Of a DNA stretch of 64,000 nucleotides, positions 1 to 11,500 are shown one piece after another (the first letter of the stretch is position 1; each line of letters opens with the position of its first letter). The DNA is from Macrostomum lignano (taxonomy: Eukaryota), in the NCBI GenBank assembly GCA_002269645.1, contig NIVC01001811.1:1-64000 (forward strand), given 5' to 3'. Below the pieces are notes generated by a model. It saw only the letters and a list, made by a program, of their open reading frames with translations. It was not told the origin of the DNA and did no database searches. Both the position numbers and the translations under genes were made by a program.

Positions 1-392
1 GTCTGTCTCAGTGTCTGTCTCAGTGTGTCTCAGTGTCTGTCTCAGTGTCTGTCTCAGTGTGTGTCTCCGTGTCTGTCTCAGTGTCTGTCTCAGTGTCTGT
101 CTCAGTGTGTCTCAGTGTGTCTCAGTGTCTGTCCTCAGTGTCTGTCTCAGTGTCTGTCTCAGTGTCTGTCTCAGTGTCTGTCTCAGTGTCTGTCTCAGTG
201 TGTCTCAGTGTCTGTCTCAGTGTCTGTCTCAGTGTCTGACTCAGTGTCTGTCTCAGTGTCTGTCTCAGTGTCTGTCTCGTGTCTGACTCAGTGTCTGTCT
301 CCGTGTCTGTCTCAGTGTCTGTCTCAGTGTCTGTCTCCGTGTCTGTCTTGTCTGCCTGTCTGTCTGTCTGTCTTCTGTCTGTCTGTCTCTTA

Positions 393-423
<31 letters not shown>

Positions 424-425
424 GT
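1..425 (+). repeat. (GTCTGTCTCA)n/(GTCT)n satellite in the intron upstream of the C2 exon
   Basis: Direct tandem repeat. The ORFs at 11-459 are repeat artefacts. Confidence 0.95.
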
Positions 426-542
426 CTCTCAGAATTCTAATGTCCTGAAGTCCAAATAGTGTATAGAATGCTCACTTGTCATCTGAATTTTTTATCTCTA
501 GATCTACTAGTACTAAAAAATTAACTCTCTGATTGCTTCCAG

Positions 543-1033
543 GAGCAGCAAGAGCAGCAGCGGCAGCAGTCGACCCGAGCTATGCCGAGCGCCTCGGCCG
601 CATCGAGCTGACCCTCCGCTACAGCCCGGCCCGGCAGAGCCTGGTGCTGGCCTGCCACCGGGTGCAGCTGCTGCCGCAGACAGCGGGCCCCACCGTAGAC
701 ACAAATCTCTGCAATCCCTACGTAAAATTCTCCATAGAAGCAGCGGAATCTTCTGCTTATGCTAATCAGCAATCCAAGAAGCAGAGCAAGCGCACCGGTA
801 CAGCGCGCTCCACTCTCACGCCTGTGTTCGATGAGTCGTTTGATTTTCAAGTGAACGAAATTGAATTGTCTTATCGTTACCTGCGGGTTCGAGTGCTGCA
901 TAGGAAACCGAAGAGCAAGAGCATTCTGCCTGGCCCGGCGGCGCGTCTTAGTCGGGGCGTGTTGCTGGGCTCGGCTCGAATCTCTCTGGCTGATTTTGAG
1001 CACAACTCCACTGCTTGGTACGAGTTAGGGTGA
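543..1033 (+). CDS. Terminal exon of a C2-domain protein, resembling the C-terminal C2 domain of extended synaptotagmins
   Basis: Acceptor ttgcttccAG at 541-542. Translation LGRIELTLRYSPARQSLVL...PYVK...TLTPVFDESFDF...LLGSARISL...WYELG* matches the ESyt C2C pattern (LGxIxLTxR, PYV, NPVFDxSFDF, WYxL). AATAAA at 1104-1109. Confidence 0.8.
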
Positions 1034-1149
1034 CAGCGTGTACTTTTAATTGGCTTTTGAAGTAAACGGTTTTTTAACATGATTTCAAAAATTAAAGTTG
1101 TGCAATAAATTATGCTGCAATCAGTTCATTAATTAATCAATCAGTTACT

Positions 1150-1730
1150 TTTTGGCGCCTCCCCCACCCCATATTTGGCGCCTCTCACACCCCCATATTT
1201 GGCGCCTCTCACATCCCTATTTTTGGTGCCTCTCACACCCCCTTTTTGGTGCCTCTCAATCCCCCTATTCGGCGCCTCTCACACCCCTTATTTGGCGCCT
1301 CTCACACCCCCATATTTGGCGCCTCACACCCCCATATTTGGCGCCTCTCACACCCCCATATTTGGCGCCTCTCACACCCCTCTATTCGGCGCCTCTCACA
1401 CCCCTCTATTCGGCGCCTCTCACACCCCTCTATTCGGCGCCTCTCACACCCCTCTATTCGGCACCTCTCATTCCCTATTTGGCGCCTCTCACACCCCTCT
1501 ATTTGGCGCCTCTCACACCCCTCTATTCGGCGCCTCTCATTCTCTATTTGGCGCCTCTCACACCCCTCTATTCGGCGCCTCTCACCCCTCTATTCGGCGC
1601 CTCTCACACCCCTCTATTCGGCGCCTCTCACACCCCTCTATTCGGCGCCTCTCACACCCCTATATTCGGCGCCTCTCATTCCCTATTTGGCGCCTCCCAT
1701 GGCCTTTTTGGCGCTTCTCACACCTTCTCA
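1150..1730. repeat. ~22-bp minisatellite (TATTYGGCGCCTCTCACACCCC)n
   Basis: Direct tandem repeat. Confidence 0.95.
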
Positions 1731-2132
1731 CACCTTTTTGTTGGCTCTAAAATCCATTCGATTCCCTAGTAGCGGAGTTCCTCTTCATCACTACTTCGCA
1801 AACTTCTTCAGGTGCTGTGATTTTAATAATAAATCAATTTTTTAAGTTTATTTTAGTGAGTATTTTACGGTATGTGCTGCGAAATACAAACTTTACTAGT
1901 CTGCAGAGATCTTTGTTTTGCAATATATGATCCAACAAATAAATGCTTTTGTCTTACTATTCAACAGTACTAAAGTTCGAGTTAGTTTGAGTTCTTTAAA
2001 TAATTGGCTGTTTTATAAGTAACTCGTATGTAATTACTCAAGATTTTTGCAGAATTTTGACACTCGTAGCTACTCGTTAATAATAATTGATTACACCTGC
2101 CCCAATTAAGCAGATGTGCAACCGACAGCTCA

Positions 2133-2395
2133 GCCGCAGCTATTGCGCGGCGCATCTGAAGGCTGCGTAAGGCTGTTCAGTCCAAGGACTGGGGGGTCGC
2201 CACACAGCCTCAAATACCCCAGTTAATGCTGGCACCCATTTTACAGCTGGGTGAACTGAAGCAATACAGAGTTAAATGTCTTGCTCAAGGACACAAATTT
2301 TTCCGAGGTGGGATCGGGAATCGAACCCCCGACCTTTCAGTCGTGAGTCCGACACCCTTACCACTAGGCTACAGTCCCTGCTAGGCTACAACCCC
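2133..2395 (-). mobile_element. tRNA-derived SINE with CORE-like central domain, copy 1
   Basis: The minus strand has a tRNA-like head (A box TAGCCTAGTGG, B box GGTTCGATTCC). The body CCCATTTTACAGCTGGGTGAACTGAAGCAATACAGAGTTAAATGTCTTGCTCAAGGACACA resembles the MIR/CORE consensus. A second copy lies at 9640-9868. Confidence 0.75.
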
Positions 2396-2535
2396 TTACA
2401 ACAGCTACTTAAGTAAGTAGTATATCTATCTATAAACAGCCTTCAGTTATTAAGTAAGTAGTATGATTTTTATGAAGCATCTATAGTAGTGTCTATATAT
2501 CTTTAAATTAGCAGTATTTCTACTGATATTTTTGC

Positions 2536-5500
2536 ATGCCAATGGACGTCAGGCAGCTCAGGCAGTTGGAATTTCCCCAACTAAACGATTATGTCTATCT
2601 GGATCATGCAGGCGCCACTCTCTATTCGGAGAGGCAGCTGACCAGGGTGATGCAGGAGCTGCAGTCGGGGTTATATGGCAATCCGCATACTCAGGTAACG
2701 TCTGTTTAACTTGGCTCTTGGATTTACTCTCTCTCCGTCTTTCCTTTCTTTACACTGTCTTCCTGCATGTTTGTCTCCCATCATTCATCCCTTCATCTCC
2801 TCTATCCCTCCCTTCATCTCCCCTATCCCTCGCTCCATCTCCTATATTCCTCCCTTCATATCCTCTATCCCTCCCTTCATCTCCTCTATTCCTCCCTTCA
2901 TCTCCTCTATCCCTCCCTTCATATCCTCTATCCCTCCCTTCATCTCCTCTATTCCTCCCTTCATCTCCTCTATCCCTCCCTTCATATCCTCTATCCCTCC
3001 CTTCATCTCCTATATCCCTCCCTTCATCTCCTATATCCCTCCCTTCACCTCCTCTATTCCTCCCTTCATCTCCTCTAGGCTCTATCCCTCCCTTCATACC
3101 TCCTATCCCTCCTATCCCATATCTGTCTCCTCTCCCTCCCTGCATCTCGCCAGGCCCGCAAAAGTGCTCACACCAGTCGCCTAGTTGAGGAGGCTCGCAA
3201 CTCTGTGCTGAAACATTTCAACACCAGCAACCAGCAGCATGCTGTCATTTTCACATCCGGCGCCACGGCTGCAGTGAAAATTTTAGCCGAGAGTTTCCAA
3301 GCAGGCCAGCACGGCGCTGGTTTGTTTAATTATTTATTAGACTCGCACACCTCTATTGTTGGCATGCGGGAAGTGCTCCGGTCCAGAGGATTCGTTGTGA
3401 GGTGCAGCAGGACTGAGCTGGAGCTGGAATCAGCTACTAGCAGTAGTAGTGACGGTCGCGTTCTGTTTGCCCTGCCTGCTCAGTGCAATTTCTCCGGCAG
3501 GAAACTGGATTTAAGCATTGTGGACCGATTGAAAGCCAATAATAAAGACGCGTACGTGCTGCTGGATGCTGCATCATTTGCCGCCACCTGTCCATTGGAT
3601 CTGACAGCTTGTTCGGCTGATTTTGTCTGCTTATCGTTTTATAAAATGTTTGGCTACCCTACGGGCCTCGGAGCTCTCATTGTGCGGCTGGATAGAGTGG
3701 CCAATGGTGAATCGGTGCTTAAGAAGGCCTACTTTGGCGGTGGTACCGTGCAGGTGAAGCAAAATTGTTTTTACTTTTCTGCACTTGTTTATCATCAGTG
3801 AATCTCTTATGATGAAACATAAATAGCTAATTGAGGTTATTAGGCACTGCTATTAACTGCTTTTAGCAACTGGCCCTCAAGAGACCCACATGAATCGTCC
3901 GCAAAAATCGCCCTCAAAAATCGCCCTTAAGAATCGCCCCCAATAATCGCCCGCAAGAATCGCCCTGAAGAATCGCTCGCCTTTAAGAATCGCCCCCAAG
4001 AATCGCCCTCAAGAATCGCCCTCAAGAATCGCCCTCAAGAGTCGCCCTCAAGAATCGCCCACAAGAATCGCCCTCAAGAATCGCCCGCAAGAATCGCCCA
4101 CAAGAATCGCCCTCAAGAGTCGCCCTCAAGAATCGCCCTCAAGAATCGCCCTCAAGAATCGCCCTCAAGAATCGCCCCCAAGAATTGCCCTCAAGAATCG
4201 CCCTCAAGAATCGTCCCCAAAAATCGCCCTTAAAAATCGCCCTCAAGAATCGCCCTCAAGAATCACCCACAAGAATCGCCCTCAAGAATTGCCCTCAAGA
4301 ATCGTCCCCAAAAATCCCCCTTAAGAATCGCCCCCAATAATCGCCCTTAAGAATCGTCCCCAATAATCGCCCTCAAGAATCGCCCTTAAGAATCGTCCCC
4401 AAAAATCGCCCTTAAGAATCGTCCCCAAAAATCGCCCTTAAGAATCGTCCCCAATAATCGCCCTCAAGAATCGCCCTAAAGAATCGCCTTTAAGAATCGC
4501 CCTCAAGAATCGTCCCCAAAAATCGCCCTTAAGAATCGCACCCAATAATCGCCCCTAAGAATCGCCTTTAAGAATCGCTTTTATTGAATATTAATCGCTT
4601 CCTTCCCCCTATAATCAACCACAAGAATCGCCCTGAATCGCCCCATAGAATCGCCTTTAAGTATCGATTTTATAAATCGCCCTCAAGAATCGCCAAAAAT
4701 GTTAGACCTACAAAGAAAGACTCTCTGAAATCGGTGGCAGGCGATGGTCCCATCCGGCTCGTTCGTCCAGCAGTCGCCGGACCTTGCCGCCGGTTTCGAA
4801 GACGGCACCATAAACTATCTGAGCATCCTAGCAGTGCGTCACGGCTTATGGGCTCTCGAACAGCTTGGCGGCGGGATGCAGCAGATCAGTCAGCGAGTCT
4901 TTCGCCTGGCCCAGTACTTGGCCCGGCGTTTAAGCGAGCTGCGCCACTCTGACGGCTCCCCTGTTTGCCTGCTGTACACCGATAATGACTATACGGACTG
5001 GACTAAGCAGGGCGGCATTGTGGCTTTCAATTTAGTGCGCTGCGATGGTAGCTTTGTTGGCTATTCGGATCTGAGCTCCAGGGCTGAAAACTATCGGATA
5101 CAGGTGCGACTTATTGCTGTTACTTTTAAGTCAGGTCAGTCAGTCAGTCAGCCAGTCACCCACTCACTCAAGTCAGTCAGTCACCCACTCACTCAAGTCA
5201 GTCAGTCACCCACTCACTCAAGTCAGTCAGTCACCCACTCACTCAAGTCAGTCAGTCACCCACTCACTCAAGTCAGTCAGTCACCCACTCACTCAAGTCA
5301 GTCAGTCAGTCAGTCAGTCAGTCAGTCAGTCAGTCAGTCAGTCAGTCAGTCAGTCAGTCAGCCAGTCACCCACTCACTCAAGTCAGTCAGTCAGTCAGTC
5401 AGTCAGTCAGTCAGTCAGTCAGTCAGTCAGTCAGTCAGTCAGTCAGTCAGTCAGTCAGTCAGTCAGTCAGTCAGTCAGTCAGTCAGTCAGTCAGCCACCC

Positions 5501-6835
5501 TGACCCCTATAAAATGGCCCTTCCCCACCCCAACCCTACTCGCCAAAGCTCCGAGTGGGCTGCTTCTGCAACGTGGGCGCCTGCCAGCGCTATCTGGACA
5601 TCACGGACGAACAGCTGTTGGCTAATCTTCGCGCCGGCCACGTGTGCGGCGACGGTGTCGATCTAGTCGACGGCCGACCTACCGGCGCTGTCCGAGCCTC
5701 ATTTGGCTACATGTCGGACGAATCCGACGCCGACGCTCTGGTTGCTATGGTAACGGACAATTTTGTAATAACAAAACCTATGCCGGTATTGTTGGCTGCG
5801 GCGGCGTCGGCGCCTTTGATGTCAATGTCCCGAGACGAGCTGGCCAACCTGTGCCGCGGCGGCCAATCAGCAGCGTCAAAGGCGGCCGCGGAGTCGCACT
5901 GGCCCCATTTGGGCCGCATATTTCTCTATCCTGTGAAATCTTGCGCCGCCTTTGAAGTTGCCGCTAGTTGGCCCGTAGATCGGCGCGGCTTTCATCTTGA
6001 CCGGCACTGGATGGTTGTAAACGAGTCCGGCTTGTGTCTGACTATGAAACGGGAGCCGCGGCTTAGTCAGGTGATTTATGACGATTTTTGTTGCTGTCGT
6101 TAACTCTTTGTGTTTAGCCAATTAACCACACACTAGCTAGCCTCCTTATGTGCCTAAGAATCGCCCCTCAACCACCCATTATAAAACCGCCACTCCACCA
6201 CCCCAATATAACCCCCTTCTCAACTACCCCATTATAAAATCGCCCCTCAACCACTATAAAATCGCCCCCCAACCCAAATTATGAAATCGCCCTTCAACCA
6301 TTATATAATCGCCCCTCAACCACTATAAAATCGCCCCTCAGCCACTGTAGAATCGCCCCTCAACCCCCATTATAAATCGCCCCTCAACCCAAATTATGAA
6401 ATCGCCCTTCAATTATTATATAATCGCCCCTCAGCCATTATAAAATTGCCCCTCAACCATGCTAAAATTGCCCCTTAAACTACGAGCAGTATAAAATCGC
6501 CACTCAACCACTTCAAAGATGGTCGCCAACCCGGATATCAATTGTGCATCCTATTCCTCGTTACTCCAGATCCGACCCTTCCTGGACATTCAACGCCGGC
6601 TGCTGATTCTGAACTCGCCCATCAGCGATCAAAATGCGGTTGTCCCAATGGACGCCGGGCACCAGACTGCCGCTCTCTGCCTGCACAGCCGCGTCTGCGG
6701 CAGTCGCGTCCGCCTGCTGGACTGCGGGCAGGCCGCGGCCGACTGGCTCCACAGCGTTGTTGGGTATCCGTGCCGGCTGGTGCGGCAGGACGGCGACCGG
6801 CTGGCCAAGACTGGGGAGCAGGTAAGTGTCCGCTG

Positions 6836-6876
<41 letters not shown>

Positions 6877-7792
6877 TTCACTAAGCTCAGCCAGAAACCC
6901 CTCCCCAACCAGGCCATATCCCTAGCCAACGAGCAGCAGTTCCTGCTGTTAAACGAGGCCAGTGTCGCCCACCTGTTGGACTGCATCGGTCCAGAGAGCC
7001 CGCTGGACCTGTCCCAGCTGGTGGCCAGATTTCGGGCCAACCTGGTGGTTCGGGGTTGCCAGCCAATGTCCGAGGAGTCCTGGACTCGACTGAGCATCGG
7101 CGGTAGGCAGTTTGCCGCTCACGGAGTCTGCACTCGGTAGGTCTGAGAGATTCTTAGGTGAAGGAGCTTCGAAAAAGGTTGAAGCCAACTAGGTTTATTG
7201 AAGGTAAAAGTTAAGTTAATTACAGAGAAGGTCAAGGGCAACTAAAGTACACAAACTTCAAGATCAGCTAAGTAAAAGGTACAGAAAAGGTCAGCTAGGG
7301 TACAAATAAGGTCATGTTCAATTAAACGACAAATAAGGTCAAGGTCAAGTAAGTTACACAGAAAAGGTCAAGCAAGGTCAGCTAAGCTACAGAAAAAGTC
7401 AAGCAAGGTCAACTAAGCTACAGAAAAGGTCAAGCAAGGTCAACTAAGGTACATTGTACGTCAACTCGATGGTCAAGTAAGATACAAAGAAGGTCAAGCT
7501 CAAGTAGGCTTCAGAGTAGGTCCAGGTCAACTAAGACTAGGAACTTGAACTAAATATTCGAAAAGCCTAGATAATAAACATTTATCTTCCGCAATGTCAA
7601 CCCAGCTGCGACATGATTGGCATCGACCAGGACACTGGCGAGTCTACAATCGAGCCCATGCGCACCCTGTCCCAGATGAAAGGCGGTGCGTTGAAATTCG
7701 GTCTGTACGTGTCCGCCACTGCCAGTGATAATACTACTGATAAGGCGGCCAAATTTGAGCTTTCTGTTGGTGATGCTGTTATTGCCGAATGA
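2536..7792 (+). CDS. MOCOS: Molybdenum cofactor sulfurase (PLP-dependent aminotransferase class V + MOSC_N + MOSC), 7 exons, ~777 aa
   Basis: Exons 2536-2694, 3154-3753, 4741-5103, 5549-6070, 6570-6821, 6886-7136, 7606-7792, all GT-AG and phase-consistent (2334 nt). Motifs: YLDHAGAT, YGNPH, FTSGATAA, SFYKMFGYPTGLGAL (PLP lysine), FEDGT, GCFCNVGAC, IFLYPVKSC, RFRANLVV, C-T-R-C. Confidence 0.95.
2780..3140. repeat. 21-bp CT-rich minisatellite in MOCOS intron 1
   Basis: (TATCCCTCCCTTCATCTCCTC)n. Confidence 0.9.
3880..4700. repeat. 13-bp minisatellite (AAGAATCGCCCTC)n in MOCOS intron 2
   Basis: Direct tandem repeat. Related degenerate AATCGCCC arrays at 6155-6515 and 11885-12165. Confidence 0.95.
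5135..5495. repeat. (CAGT)n plus 29-bp unit in MOCOS intron 3
   Basis: Direct tandem repeat. Confidence 0.95.
7150..7560. repeat. Degenerate AAGGTCAA-rich minisatellite in MOCOS intron 6
   Basis: Recurrent aaggtcaa(g/c) units. A similar ttgaccttc array lies at 8230-8545. Confidence 0.75.
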
Positions 7793-8587
7793 GTTAATGA
7801 TGAGTTAAAAACTGTTTTTGTCACTGGAGCTTCATTCGTCTCTTTAGTATATTGACTAGCTTTCTTTGCCCCCCTCTCGGTGTCTCCTCCAACTCTTACA
7901 GTTCTCTCTCTCTCCTTTATTGATTGTATTGTTAAAGTGCTTCCCTTTAGACAGTGACCATTGATTTGTTCAAACCTAATAAATAAATTCTTTTGGTTGC
8001 TAATTGCATGTATTTTTTATCGACATTGCACATTCCACTGTTTCTATTTTTACGTCAAATCTATTTAATGATAAAATTTTCTATATAAATTTTCTAAATA
8101 TTGATCTTAAAGTAAACTTAAACTTAAATATTTTTTTGTCAACTTGATTTAAATTTACTGGCATCCAATTAACTTGTCTTAAATATTTGTTACTTCTAAG
8201 TTTATTCACTCATCTGATTGCATTTTGTAGACCTTCAAAAGTACCCGGCCATTGACCTTCAAAAATACCCAAATTGACCTTCAGAATAATTTAACCATTG
8301 AACTTCCAAAGTACTCAACCATTGACCTTCAGAAATACCCAACCATTCAACTTCAGAAGTGCTCAGCCATTCACCTTAGAAGTATAAACAATGACCTTCA
8401 AAAGTACCCAACCATTAACCTTTAGAAGTACCTAACTAAACATGGACCCCAACCATTGACCTTCAAAAGTACCCACCATCGACCTTCAGAAGGACTCAAA
8501 ACTTGATAAACCTTAAAAATACTGAAACAATGACCTTCGGATGTTACCTAGCAACTCGCAACTTACCGATTTCCTAAAATTGCAGCG

Positions 8588-11500
8588 ATGCAGCAAAACT
8601 CCAGCCAAGAATGCTACAACTGTCCTGCTGCCAGCATAGCAACAGATCTGTTCGTATGCGGCCTATGCTCAGTTAGCTTTCACGAGCTGGGCCAGTTTCT
8701 GGCGCACAGGAATTCCAACTGCTTGGCCGCGACCGGCAATGCCGGCTGCAACTACGCGGCCGCGTCATCGTCCACTGCTGGCAGGTTTCTGACTCACCTG
8801 CAGCAGGTTGAGCCGCCGCCTAACCATCAGTCTCAAGCCGCCTGCCTGAGCCAGGGCTACAGTGCTCCGCCAACTGCCGTTGTTGTTGCCACGGATGACC
8901 TTGTTGGCCAGCAGAGTCTGCCGTTTTTACCTGCCGATGCTGGTCCAACGGTGAGGAAGTACTTGATGTACTGTTTTCTTTTTAGGAAGTGTCGGGAACA
9001 ACTAGCAACCGATTAGAAAGTTTCATCACTTGACTCCACACCCACCAAATAATTAATTTGAATACCGCCCGGAGTCGAACCCGGGTCCTTCTGCTTATCA
9101 GAGCGGCGTTATTGGCCACTAATTGGACCTCCCCTAAGTTTAAATCGAATCAAATTGACATATATATATAAGCTGTTGAAGCCCGCGACTTTTGAAGTCA
9201 TACTGAAACAAAAACGTGTTAATAGTTTCGATTGAAGTTTGAAAAATTTGAGTAAATTCTTTTTAAATTAGGATTTGAGGCAAGCATTGATCTCATCGGC
9301 TGGGGTGCCGCACAGAATGAGTCTGTTTAAACCATGTGTGGGCAAACTCTGGTCTCTGCCTCTTTCTCCGTCCCGATCTGGTTCTTTGAAACTTATCTCC
9401 TCTCTCCTCTTTCCTCTCTCCTTTCTTTTCTCATCCCATGTATCATCTCCTCCTCTCTCCTCTCTTATCCCTTTTCTTTTTTATCTCATCTCTCCTGTCT
9501 TATCTCTTCTCTCTTCTCTCTTCTCTCTGCTCGCTTATCTCTACTCTCTCCTCTCTTCCCTCCCCTTTTCTCTCTTCTCTCTTCTCACTGTTACTCTCTC
9601 TTCTCGTATATATATATTTTTTATTACACCTGCCCTAATGGCCGCAGCTTTTGCTGTTCAGTCCAAGTACTGGGGGGTCGCCACACACAGCCTCAATTGC
9701 CCCAGCTAATGCTGGTGCCCATTTTACAGCTGGGTGAACTGAAGCAATGCAGAGTTAAGTGTCTTGCTCAAGGACACAAATTGTTCCAGTCCAGTATTGG
9801 GTTCGAGAATCGAACCCCCCAACCTCCTTGCCGGGAGTCCGACACTCTAACCACTAGGCTACAACCCCCATTTACATATTGAACCATTGCCAATCATTTT
9901 AAAGGCCTATTCAAACGGCATGGCGGATCCAACTGCAAGTCACCAGCAGCAGCACCAGCCTCAGTCAACTGTCACAGTGCCCAATTGCGGCTACTTTGAT
10001 CCTGCAGCTTTGACACCTGCCAACAATCAGCACGTGCATCAGCAGGTGCCTCATCAGAACCCGATGGTTCAACAAATGCAATCAGAGGATGAGCAGCATC
10101 AGTCAGCTTTGCCATTAACTGCTCTTCTCTCTGAGGCATCAGTGGTCATTGATAGTACAGGTGCTTCATCAGTTGCAGTACCAGACTCTGCAGCCTCCAA
10201 TTGCTTTCATCATCCACCTGTCAATCAGCAGCAGCAATATGAAGATTGCACTCATCAGCAGTATTCTAACAGCTACGCAGATCCTTATAATCTGCAGCAG
10301 CAGCAGCAGCAGAATTATGAGTTGTACGCGGCCAATACTACTTGTCAGCAGCATCAGCAGTATCAGCATGATCAGTCGCAAATGTTTGCAGAAAATCACG
10401 CGGTCAATTCTTATTATAGTTATCAGCAGCAAGCGGCAGTGGGTCATCAAGGTCATCAGGGTCATCAAGGTCATCAGGGTCATCAAGGTCATCAGGGTCA
10501 TCAGGGTCATCAAGGTAATCAGGATCATCAAGGTCATCAAGGTCATCAAGGTCATCAAGGTCATCAAGGTCATCAGGGTCATCAAGGTCATCAGGGTCAT
10601 CAGGGTCATCAAGGTAATCAGGATCATCAAGGTCATCAAGGTCATCAGGGTCATCAAGGTCATCAGGATCACCAGGGTCATCAAGGTCATCAGGGTCATC
10701 AGTCGTCTTTTATCCAGCAACCGCAGCCAGCACCTGCTGCAATGATGTCGGAACAAGTTTTAGCACCTTCTTCTTCGTTAGCCAGTGCTAACAGACAATC
10801 GCGAACAGGCGGCGAACAAAGAAACGATAATCAACGCTCTAAAGTGACGTTGCTACGTTCAACTGACAGGCCGCAGATGTTTCCTTGCACAGTGTGCAAC
10901 TTTGTGTGCAAATATCAGAATCAGCTGACCCTGCACATGAGAAAGCATACGGGTTAGTTTTGCGGTTATACTACTACTCGATTTTTTGTTTATAAGTAGC
11001 GTAGTATCTGGTATGAATAACATGATTTTCGATACATATCGGCCAAAGAACACTTGTAGAGAATTCTTAAGATAGTTTATTTTCCAAAAAATCCGGTATA
11101 TATTTTTTATATTATTTTCGATACATATCGGGTGTTAATTTTCATTTAATAGTTTAGTTTGGTTTATGAAATTATTTTTAGTTAAAAACATGAGATTGCT
11201 AAATTTGCTGTTCACAGTACTCGATAACTTGTCCTTGTAAGTAGTTTAGTTTGAATATATGTTTTATATATATGTATCGAATATATGCTTTTCGATACAT
11301 ATCGGCTATTTATTGCTATCAACCTTTATTGTCCGCAGGCGAGAAGCCATTCCAATGCGCTATTTGCGGTCGGTCTTTCTCATTGAAGCACAACGTTCGC
11401 AAACACATGAACTCGCACAGGATCTGGCCCGCAGCGGCAGCGCCCCCGCCTGCTGCTACATCATCTTCATCTCCAGCTCCCGCTGAGGCTGCTGCACCGA

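Noticed and set aside
4744-5625. 293-aa ORF reading through MOCOS intron 3
   Set aside because: The intron is 445 nt of stop-free (CAGT)n and not a multiple of 3. The spliced model restores the conserved RxGCFCN motif.
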